A DNA stretch of 20,554 bases from contig JANLPS010000435.1 of assembly GCA_031367385.1 (NCBI GenBank), positions 1 through 20,554 of the forward strand. Reading direction: 5' to 3'. The stretch's first letter is position 1. Each line of letters opens with the position of its first letter. Of the stretch, positions 8,722 through 16,435 are shown piece after piece. Made by a program: the position numbers and the translations under genes. The notes below the pieces were generated by a model. It had not been told where the DNA came from. It ran no database searches and worked only from the letters and a program-made list of their open reading frames with translations. This DNA comes from Archangium sp. Lineage in GTDB: Bacteria > Myxococcota > Myxococcia > Myxococcales > Myxococcaceae.

Positions 8722-9357
8722 TCAGGGGTGGGGCGGGCAGGCCTTGACGCGCTTCATCAGAAACGGCCGGTAGCCTCCGGTACCGCAGACCGTCGTTTCA
8801 GAACCGGTGGTGCAGTACATGTCACCGCCGAACGAAGCGACTCGCAGTGTCGTTCGCTCGAGCGCGACCTGAATGCCGGTGGCCGATTGGGTGATTTGGT
8901 CGCCGAACGTGGTCACCTGGTGGCGCCAGAACGGCAGGTCTTTCGTCTTCGCCTGGAGCCCCTGCAAATAGAGCCCCGGCTGAAAGATGACATCACTGCC
9001 GCTGCTCGGTGCCGCTGCCTCGAGCACTGACAGCGCGGGCCCGCCATGACTGGGTGCGTAGCGGCTCAGCGTGAGCTGGCCGTCGGTGGCCTCGGGGCCT
9101 TCGGCAATCCAATACGAGATGGCTTGCGCTCTCCAGGGCGTCGACGGGCTGAGCTTTTCGAACACGAAGCAGGCCCGGTACACGTTCGGCACCTCGCCGT
9201 ACCAGGCGCCTTCGAGGTCGGCGAAGAGGTCTTTGGTGGAAAGCTCACTCTGCTGCGTCGCGGGGTCTTGCCCTTCATTCGCGGCGGGCGCGGTCCCGCA
9301 GCCACTGAGCATCACCACTGCGGAGAACGCAGAAATCGAAATGACAAATCTCGTCAC
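8722..9357 (-). CDS. Hypothetical lipoprotein
   Basis: GTG start with an AGGAG RBS (9367-9371), signal peptide with lipobox MLSGC, 211 aa. No recognisable domain. Confidence 0.75.
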   Translation of the reverse strand: MTRFVISISAFSAVVMLSGCGTAPAANEGQDPATQQSELSTKDLFADLEGAWYGEVPNVYRACFVFEKLSPSTPWRAQAISYWIAEGPEATDGQLTLSRYAPSHGGPALSVLEAAAPSSGSDVIFQPGLYLQGLQAKTKDLPFWRHQVTTFGDQITQSATGIQVALERTTLRVASFGGDMYCTTGSETTVCGTGGYRPFLMKRVKACPPHP

Positions 9358-9395
9358 GGGTCAAGGCTCCTGGGGAAGAGGAAGCGCGCGTCGAC

Positions 9396-9411
9396 AGCAA
9401 GGACGAGGCCA
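9396..9411 (-). promoter_or_regulatory. Candidate sigma-54 (-24/-12) promoter
   Basis: The minus strand reads TGGCCTCGTCCTTGCT, with exact GG-N10-GC spacing against the consensus TGGCACG-N4-TTGCW. It lies 38 nt upstream of the GTG at 9357, in the correct orientation. Confidence 0.65.
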
Positions 9412-9463
9412 GGTGGCTCCCTGCGGAGTCGCTCGGGGCAGGCCGCTGATTTCTGACGTGGGT

Positions 9464-9477
9464 GACGAATTTTCGTC
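9464..9477. promoter_or_regulatory. Palindrome GACGAA-TT-TTCGTC, candidate upstream activator site
   Basis: Perfect 6-bp arms around an AT centre, about 55-65 bp upstream of the -24 element. Confidence 0.4.
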
Positions 9478-9487
9478 GAATGTGCAG

Positions 9488-10735
9488 CTACGGCGCGAGC
9501 ATCACCCAGCCCATCGGAGGCACGCTGACCTTCACCCGGCCATCGCCGCCGGCGAAGGTGTCTGAAGCGCGGCCCGAGTAGTCGTGCAACGTGGTGTTGC
9601 GCCAGCCGCTGTCGACCCACACATCGACCCAGTGGTCGGTCTGGTTGAAGCCGGCGAGCAGGCTGCGGTCGCGCTCGAAGACCAAGACATCGTGTGAGGC
9701 GAAGCGGCTCACGTACGCGCCGTTGGCCTTGTGGTTGTGAACCCAGACCAGGTTGCGAATGTCGGGGTCGTCGATGGTGCTCGAGAAATAGAACGGGTAC
9801 CCCGGGTAGGCCGAGATGAACGCGTAGGCCAGCGCACGATTTGGTGGCGCGCCGACGTCGTGGTTCTCGACGAAGGTGACGGCGGCTCCGGCGTTGCGCA
9901 TCACGAAGCCGCGCCCATCGAGCGAGCCCAGGTCGCCGCCGAAGCGAAATGCGGAGGTGATGGCGTCGTACAAGTTGTAGTCGGTGACCGCCATGCCGGT
10001 GTCGGCGTATTGCTGCAGCTCATCCAAGTTCGCCGAGTAGACCTCGCCGTAGTTGAACTTGTGCCAGCCGTTCACGTTGCCGACGATGTGGTCTTTCCAA
10101 TACCAGAGCGGCACGTGCTTCGCCGCGTCCCACCGAAAGCCGTCGAAGCCGAAGTTGCTCGACTTGACTACGAAGTTCCACAGCTGGCCGCGCACGTAGG
10201 CTGACTCTTGCGCGAGGTCGTTGAGGCCGAACAGATCGTGCGTCTCGCGGTTGCCGAAGTCGTTCCAATCGGTGATGCCGCCGTTGTGGTGAAAGTCGTT
10301 CCACCCAAAGTGCGGGTAGACGTAGTTGCCCGGGCACATGTGGTTGAGCGGCATGTCGGCGTAGATGTTGATGTTGTAGAAGTGCGCGGTGCCGATGAGC
10401 CAGCCCAGGTCGCTCTCGCTGCCGAAGCCGCTGTTGAAGTTGTCGAAGTCGTACGGGTCGTAGCCCGCGCTGAACTCGCCCGCGCAGGTCGCCATGTGCG
10501 GGCTGACCAAGATGGTGGTGAACCCCATGTCTCGAATGCGGCCCAGGTTCGCCATGATGTCTTGCCACTTCCACCGGTAGAGCTGAACGGCGCTGCCGTT
10601 TTCTCCGAAGCCGAGGCGCTTGGTGCTGGTGGCGGTGGCCGTGGTGGCGTCGTCGACAGCCGGTTGATCAACGGGCTCGCTGCACGCGCCGCTGATCAGC
10701 ACCGACATCATGAGGCCCAACGCGCGCGACTTCAT
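9488..10735 (-). CDS. GH13 alpha-amylase family lipoprotein
   Basis: GH13 regions DMPLNH, GFRWDAAKH, YGEV and FVENHD carry all three catalytic acids, followed by a C-terminal beta domain. Lipobox ISGAC. Start is the ATG at 10735 (alternative GTG at 10765). Confidence 0.9.
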   Translation of the reverse strand: MKSRALGLMMSVLISGACSEPVDQPAVDDATTATATSTKRLGFGENGSAVQLYRWKWQDIMANLGRIRDMGFTTILVSPHMATCAGEFSAGYDPYDFDNFNSGFGSESDLGWLIGTAHFYNINIYADMPLNHMCPGNYVYPHFGWNDFHHNGGITDWNDFGNRETHDLFGLNDLAQESAYVRGQLWNFVVKSSNFGFDGFRWDAAKHVPLWYWKDHIVGNVNGWHKFNYGEVYSANLDELQQYADTGMAVTDYNLYDAITSAFRFGGDLGSLDGRGFVMRNAGAAVTFVENHDVGAPPNRALAYAFISAYPGYPFYFSSTIDDPDIRNLVWVHNHKANGAYVSRFASHDVLVFERDRSLLAGFNQTDHWVDVWVDSGWRNTTLHDYSGRASDTFAGGDGRVKVSVPPMGWVMLAP

Positions 10736-10884
10736 CTCGAGCGACTGACTTAGTCGCGTCGTCACGCAGCCGCCATGGGGAGGCCGGCGGTTTCTGCAAT
10801 GAAATCATCTCCGTCTGAAAAGCAGACACCACACTGGAGTGTCGAAGTCTCAGCTCAGTCGCAAAGTGTCACGTCGCATTGCTT

Positions 10885-11352
10885 CTACTCGCACGAGGGC
10901 TTCTGGGCGAAGAGCTGCATGTACGCGTCGGCGTCTTTGACGCCTTTGCACCGAGCCGAGTCGTACGCCTCAATGCACTTCTTGGGGCAGCAGAAATTGG
11001 GCTCGAGCCACGGTTTTTGGCTCGCACAGACCGGAACACTCGCCATGCAGTCATCGAGCTGCCGCCCATTCTTCGGGTCGAAACAGTCGGTCACCAGGCT
11101 TGAGCACTCCGCGAATGCCGAGAACCCGTCTGGTGCGCGGTCGACATCGACCACCAGCGCACCGCCAGCGAGAGCCATCAACATCCGCATGCCGGCATCG
11201 TTCTTGCGCAGCGCCTCGGCGAACTGCTTCAGCTTGGCCTGCTCGCCGGCGCGGCTCTTGACCACCACCGGCACCTTCTTGCCCTCGAAGCACGGCTTGC
11301 CGGCCGCCACGACCAGCGGCGAGAGCACCACCACTCCGAGCAGCCACCTCAC
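10885..11352 (-). CDS. Secreted Cys-rich hypothetical protein
   Basis: The GTG overlaps the upstream stop (GTGA). N-terminal signal peptide and 10 Cys including CCPKKC. 155 aa. Confidence 0.75.
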   Translation of the reverse strand: MRWLLGVVVLSPLVVAAGKPCFEGKKVPVVVKSRAGEQAKLKQFAEALRKNDAGMRMLMALAGGALVVDVDRAPDGFSAFAECSSLVTDCFDPKNGRQLDDCMASVPVCASQKPWLEPNFCCPKKCIEAYDSARCKGVKDADAYMQLFAQKPSCE

Positions 11353-11849
11353 TCTTGTCTCTTATCGAGCGGAATCGACGGGCCCAGATTTCGACCGTTC
11401 TTGATGAGCTCAGGCCCATCGGCTTTCGGCGTCGCCACCTCGGGCTCGGCGCGGCCAAATCGATAGGCCACCGCCGCGTTCACACCACCGCCTTGCCCGG
11501 CACCCGTCACCCGAATCACCACATCGCCCACCGGCATCTGCGCGTACGTGAGCTCGACCGGCTCGGTCACTTCATCGGCCGACGAATTCGCAGGCACCTC
11601 GAACGAGCTGCGCCCAATCGTCATCTTCGCGATGGCGGGCGCCTCGATGCGCACGCTCAGCGCCACCGGCATCGGCGCGAAGCGCTTGATGTGCGCCATC
11701 AACCGCACCCTGGTGCTCGAGAGCTCGAGCTGCTCCCAGGTCACCACCATCGGCGCTTGCACCCGTGACGCCGCGGTACCGCTGTCAGGCCCCGGCGTCG
11801 ACTTCGCGCAGGCCGAGATGATCAACACCGAAAAAACAGCACGCATCAT
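11349..11849 (-). CDS. Hypothetical lipoprotein, beta-strand-rich (possibly Ig-like)
   Basis: MMRAVFSVLIISAC with lipobox. The start overlaps the protease stop (ATGA). Alternating beta-strand pattern. 166 aa. Confidence 0.75.
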   Translation of the reverse strand: MMRAVFSVLIISACAKSTPGPDSGTAASRVQAPMVVTWEQLELSSTRVRLMAHIKRFAPMPVALSVRIEAPAIAKMTIGRSSFEVPANSSADEVTEPVELTYAQMPVGDVVIRVTGAGQGGGVNAAVAYRFGRAEPEVATPKADGPELIKNGRNLGPSIPLDKRQE

Positions 11850-14278
11850 TGGCAAACTCCGTTCGAGCACGTCGTCGTGCAGACTGAGCAATCGACGCCG
11901 CCGGTGCCACACGCGCTCGCGGTGGTACCCGGCATGCACTGACCGCCCGATGATTTGCAGCCGTAACAAAAGCCGCTCCGGCACGTCGGAGTCGCGCTCT
12001 TATACGGGTAATAGGTGGTCGGGTCGGCCGCGGCATCGACGAACGACGCCGCCATGCCGTCACACCGCAGCGCATCGAACAGGTCGCCCAGGTGCAGCGA
12101 CGGCTCACGCGTGTCGACGATGTTCTTCTTCGTGCCCTGCGAATCGACCGTCCACGTGTGGCGGGTATAGCCACTGGGCCACGGCGACGTATTCAGGTGC
12201 TGCGAGCCCAGCGCGTTGTGAATCTGCCCCAGGCCCGATGGCGCCGAGGTCGACACGTTGAACAGCATCGCCGCCACGTCGTTCTCGTCAATCTGCTGCA
12301 GCATGCCGCTCGACGCCGTGGTGCGGCCGATCAACATCTGCGCGCTCGCGCCGGGGAAATACTGACGCGAGCTCAAGTCGAACCAGAACATGCCTCCGCC
12401 CTGCCGGTCGTAATACACCGCGTCTGCGCGCACCGCCGAGCTGTGAAAGGTGGCAAACCCCTCTGACCATGCCTGCCCGGGAAAGGTCTTCACCCCGGTG
12501 TAATGCGCGCCGCCTTCATTCGGCGAAGTGCCGTAGCTCGCCATCGCCCAGTGACCCATCTCGTGCGCGATGACCGCGTCGCCCCAGTAGGCCTGATCAG
12601 CCGAGCCGCCGCCGATGAAGAGCTGGGTGCTGATGCCGTTGATCGGGTAGTCGAGAAAGCAGGCCCCGCAGTCCCACTCCACGTTGAGGCCGAACCAGAT
12701 CACCACGTCTTTGCCGCCCGTGGCCTGATGCAGCGCCTTGTCTTTTACGTACGAGGCCTGAATGCCGTCGAACAAATTGAGTGCCCCCGAGCCTTGCGCG
12801 GTGGTGACCGTGGTGGTGCCGCCATTCGAGAGGCCCGAGACGGCGGCAGACCAGCTCCACAGCCGCGGCTTGCTGACATCGCCACCGGCCGGGTACGAGC
12901 CCGACGCGAACTGGGGGTCGGTGAGCTGATACCGAATGCCCAGCCCGTCACCGCCGACCGCGACGAAGTTGATTCGGTCGGTGCTGCTCGGAGTCTTCGC
13001 CACCTTCACGCTGTACTGCCCACCGTCATTCGTGCTCACGATGTCGATGATCTCGAGCGTCGCGCCGGTGCCAGTGGTCGACCAGACCGACACGTTCTTC
13101 GCCACCTGCGCAGTGGTCGTCGTCGACCAGTCGGGCGAGAAGAACTGCTTGTCGATGATCGGCAGCCGGGCCTCGTACTTGAGCGTGCCCGTCAAGGTGA
13201 CCGTCGCCGCCGCCGGAGCGCAATACGCCCCCAGTGACCCCGCTTTGCACGTGCCAGGGCTGCAGCTCGTCGCCGCACCCCAGGTGCCGTCGGTGCCACA
13301 CACTTCGATACCCGCCGCCACGCAGCGCGCATCACCCGGCGCACAGCCGGTGCTCGCCGCCACGCAGCTGGCCGCGGTGCCCGTCAACTGGCAGGTCGCC
13401 GAACCGGTGCAGGCATAGGTCTTGACCATGCTGCCGCCCGCGCCGGTGCTCACCGAGCAGAACTGCACCACGGTCGAGGTCAGGCATTCGCCGCTGGTCG
13501 TGACGCCCTGGCACGCATCGCCCGCGTCGGCGGTGCCGCCAGTGCTCGTCTTCTGACAGCTGCGCAGCGTCGGGTTGCACACCAGGCCCAGCACCGAGCA
13601 GTCGGTGCACGAGCCCCCCAGCGGGCCGCAGGCCTTGTCGGTCGGGCTGAGCGGAGCGCGCTTGCACTGCCCATCGGCGCAGCACCCATCGGTGCAGTTC
13701 GCCGCGTTGCAGCCCGCCAACACCACACATTGAAAGGATTCATCGCACTTCTTCCCACTCCCGCAGTCGACGCAGGCGGCCCCGGCCGTGCCGCAGGCGC
13801 TCGCGGTTGCCGCGGTGATGCACGTCTGCGCGTTGAGGCAGCACCCGGTGCAGGTGTCTTTCGAGCAGACGAAGCCTCCGTCTGATCCACCCCCGCCGCC
13901 TGGCATGCAGACCGCGGCGCCGGTCGCGCTCGAGCAGCTCGAACAGGTCTTGGTGGTCTGCCAGGTGCCGGTACCGCAGGTCAGCAGCGCCGAGGGCGCG
14001 GCCTGGCACAGCGTGTTGTTCTCAGCCCAAGGGGGGCAGGCTTGACCCGCCTTCGCCGCCGTCAGGTCGCAGAAGGTGCCGGTGCTGGTATCGGTGCAGC
14101 CGGTCGGGCCTCCGCAGGGTATCGAGGCCCACTTGCCGCCCACGCAGGCGAGCACATTGGCCGCGCTCTCGCAGGCGATGGCGTCGGTGGCCGTGCAGGC
14201 TTCGCCCACTTTCTTACCGCCGCCACAGCCAATCAGGGCGACGAGCGCACACCCTGCCACAACACATAAAATTCGCAT
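11846..14278 (-). CDS. Cys-rich lipoprotein with a gluzincin-type zinc metallopeptidase domain
   Basis: Lipobox LIGC after the ATG at 14278, then a Cys-rich region of about 350 aa. HEMGH (12551-12565) is followed 30 residues later by the Glu of WSEGFA (12461-12463). The C-terminus is also Cys-rich. Confidence 0.8.
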   Translation of the reverse strand: MRILCVVAGCALVALIGCGGGKKVGEACTATDAIACESAANVLACVGGKWASIPCGGPTGCTDTSTGTFCDLTAAKAGQACPPWAENNTLCQAAPSALLTCGTGTWQTTKTCSSCSSATGAAVCMPGGGGGSDGGFVCSKDTCTGCCLNAQTCITAATASACGTAGAACVDCGSGKKCDESFQCVVLAGCNAANCTDGCCADGQCKRAPLSPTDKACGPLGGSCTDCSVLGLVCNPTLRSCQKTSTGGTADAGDACQGVTTSGECLTSTVVQFCSVSTGAGGSMVKTYACTGSATCQLTGTAASCVAASTGCAPGDARCVAAGIEVCGTDGTWGAATSCSPGTCKAGSLGAYCAPAAATVTLTGTLKYEARLPIIDKQFFSPDWSTTTTAQVAKNVSVWSTTGTGATLEIIDIVSTNDGGQYSVKVAKTPSSTDRINFVAVGGDGLGIRYQLTDPQFASGSYPAGGDVSKPRLWSWSAAVSGLSNGGTTTVTTAQGSGALNLFDGIQASYVKDKALHQATGGKDVVIWFGLNVEWDCGACFLDYPINGISTQLFIGGGSADQAYWGDAVIAHEMGHWAMASYGTSPNEGGAHYTGVKTFPGQAWSEGFATFHSSAVRADAVYYDRQGGGMFWFDLSSRQYFPGASAQMLIGRTTASSGMLQQIDENDVAAMLFNVSTSAPSGLGQIHNALGSQHLNTSPWPSGYTRHTWTVDSQGTKKNIVDTREPSLHLGDLFDALRCDGMAASFVDAAADPTTYYPYKSATPTCRSGFCYGCKSSGGQCMPGTTASACGTGGVDCSVCTTTCSNGVCQ

Positions 14279-14385
14279 CGCGAATGAACTCACCACAATC
14301 TTTCAGCTTCCGTCACAATGGAATAGGAAGTCACAGTCGAAGCGGTGGTTTCTGTAACCTTACGATCGGGCAAGGCACCCTGGTG

Positions 14386-14820
14386 ATGACGCAACAGACC
14401 CAGAAGCCAACCAGCCCGCCGCCCGCGGGGTTTCGTGTTCTGATCGTCGAAGACAACCCGCACATCATCGAGATGTACAGCTACGTGCTCAAGAAGCTGG
14501 CCGCCAATGAGCTCAAAGGCACCACGCCCCTCGAGGTGCACTTCGCCGCCGACGGGCACGCCGCGCTGGCGATGCTCAACGACGCCGCGTTCTCGCTGGT
14601 GATGACCGACCTCTACATGCCCGTGATGGACGGGTTTCAGCTGGTCGAAAAGATGCGAGCCGAGGCGGCCTTCAAGACCATACCGGTGGTGGCGATTTCA
14701 GCCGGCGGCCTCGACGCTCGCGAGCGGGCCCTCAAGGTCGGCGCGAATATTTACCTCAAGAAGCCCGTGCGGTTCGCCGAAGTGATGGACACTGTGAAAC
14801 AGCTGCTCCGAATTTCTTAA
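14386..14820 (+). CDS. Single-domain response regulator (CheY-like receiver)
   Basis: LIVED, the phospho-acceptor TDLYMPVMDG, ISA and the YLKKP lysine are all intact. No output domain. ATG at 14386. Confidence 0.9.
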   Translation: MTQQTQKPTSPPPAGFRVLIVEDNPHIIEMYSYVLKKLAANELKGTTPLEVHFAADGHAALAMLNDAAFSLVMTDLYMPVMDGFQLVEKMRAEAAFKTIPVVAISAGGLDARERALKVGANIYLKKPVRFAEVMDTVKQLLRIS

Positions 14821-14840
14821 AAAAAAGACACCAACGACCA

Positions 14841-16328
14841 ATGACCCGAGACAAAGTCAGCGGTGACGCGCTCTTCATTCTCAAGAGCCTCAAAGACAAC
14901 ACGCGCCAGGGGCGTTCGAACAAGCTCGCCGAGGTCAAGCAGTCGCTCGAGAACAGCGTTTCGCTCGAGTTCGACAGCTACTTCTTCTTTCTGCGCAAAT
15001 TTCACTACATCGCGATGGACCGGGAGGCTCAGCTCAAGCTGACCGATCAAGGCGAGCGCGTCGTCGAGGGCGACTTCATCGACAAGTTCACCTCAGAGGT
15101 GAGCGAGTTCTTCGCCGAGCAAATCGCGCCGCAGAGCGAAGAGGTCGACATGGGCGGCACGGGCGAGACCATGCTCGACATGTCGGGCGGGGCCCGCCCA
15201 CCTCCGCCGCCCCCCAACAACAATGACCTGCTGAACGAGGAAAAGCCGATGGCTCCCGTCCCTCCGCCGCCGCCTGCGCCGCGCGCGCCCGTGTCTCGAA
15301 AACCCGCCGCCGCTGCTGAAGAAGCCGCGCCCGCGGTGCCTCCCGCTCCCACCCACCTCCCTCAACTCACGGCTCCTGAAATGCGCCAATCCGGCTCCGG
15401 CATCCCTTCTGCTCCAGCGCCGCTGCCGTTGACCGCGGCGGTCTCGTCTTCTCCCTCGTCGATCGCCGCCGCCGGCAAAGGCCAAGACCTCGACCCGCGT
15501 TACCAGAAGGCTGATCAAATCGGCCAGGGCCCGCTGGGCACCGTCTTCAAGGGCAAGCACAACGCGCTGCAGATCGACGTGTGCGTCAAAGAGCTCAAAG
15601 ACATCTTCGGGTATTTCTCGTTCTTGCAGCGCGGAGAAGTCATCAAGCGGCTCAAGAAAGAGCTGTGCGCGCAGGCCAACGTTCGCCACCCCGGCATCGT
15701 CAGCATCACCGATCAGAACACCGACGTGGCCAGGCCCTACTTCGTGATGGAGCTGTGCAAGGGCAGCCTCCGCGAGAAGCTCGACGCCGCGGCGGGCAAG
15801 GGCATCCCCGTGCCTCAGGCGATTCGCTACTTCTTGCAGCTCGCATACGCCCTGCGCGCCGCCCACCAGCAGGGCCTGACGCACCACAACGTCAAGCCCG
15901 AGAACGTGCTGTTCGACGCGTACGGCAACGTCAAATTGAGCGATTTCGGCCTCTCGCGCGTCATCGAGGTCGACGCCAGCAAGGGCATGCCCCAGGTCTT
16001 CGTCGGCACCGGCGGCATGGCCTACATGAGCCCCGAGACCATGGCGCGCAGCAAAGACGCCGGGCCCGCGAGCGACGTGTACGCCCTGGGCATCTTGCTC
16101 TACGAGATGTTGACCGGTCAGCTGCCCGGGCGACGCTCCCCCCTGCCCAGTGAAATCAACGCCGAAGCGCCGTCGAAGCTCGACCCGATCTTCGACAAGA
16201 TGACCAAAGACCGCAAAGAGAGCCGGTACCCCGACTTCGAGGCCACGCTCGACGATTTCTACAACGCGTTCAGCACCAAAGAATATCTGGTCAAGGGTGA
16301 CCTGCTGCTCTGGAGCGAGACGACGTAG
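14841..16328 (+). CDS. Hanks-type Ser/Thr kinase-fold protein (probable pseudokinase) with an N-terminal winged-helix-like domain and Pro-rich linker
   Basis: GQGPLG, VCVK, HPGIV, DFG, YMSPE and SDVYALG are present. The catalytic loop reads HHNVKPEN. No TM segment. Confidence 0.88.
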   Translation: MTRDKVSGDALFILKSLKDNTRQGRSNKLAEVKQSLENSVSLEFDSYFFFLRKFHYIAMDREAQLKLTDQGERVVEGDFIDKFTSEVSEFFAEQIAPQSEEVDMGGTGETMLDMSGGARPPPPPPNNNDLLNEEKPMAPVPPPPPAPRAPVSRKPAAAAEEAAPAVPPAPTHLPQLTAPEMRQSGSGIPSAPAPLPLTAAVSSSPSSIAAAGKGQDLDPRYQKADQIGQGPLGTVFKGKHNALQIDVCVKELKDIFGYFSFLQRGEVIKRLKKELCAQANVRHPGIVSITDQNTDVARPYFVMELCKGSLREKLDAAAGKGIPVPQAIRYFLQLAYALRAAHQQGLTHHNVKPENVLFDAYGNVKLSDFGLSRVIEVDASKGMPQVFVGTGGMAYMSPETMARSKDAGPASDVYALGILLYEMLTGQLPGRRSPLPSEINAEAPSKLDPIFDKMTKDRKESRYPDFEATLDDFYNAFSTKEYLVKGDLLLWSETT

Positions 16329-16435
16329 GTCAGTGTATGGACAATGCCTCTACTGACAGAGCGCACTGAAGCTTTCTAGAGTCGCCAGGTTCTGGTCGCC
16401 GGGCCTGGAGCGGCTTTTTCCCCTTGAGGTGGTTC

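Noticed and set aside
8722..8724. TGA as selenocysteine fusing the lipoprotein to the Kef fragment
   Set aside because: There is no redox motif context or recognisable SECIS element, and the downstream part is a broken transporter.
14819..14826. A8 run as a phase-variation or slippage site
   Set aside because: It spans the stop codon and intergenic spacer, so a length change would not shift either reading frame.
16329..16369. Inverted repeats GTCAGT/ACTGAC and TCAGTG/CACTGA after the kinase stop
   Set aside because: The arms are only 6 bp with long loops and no adjacent U-tract, too weak to call a terminator or switch.
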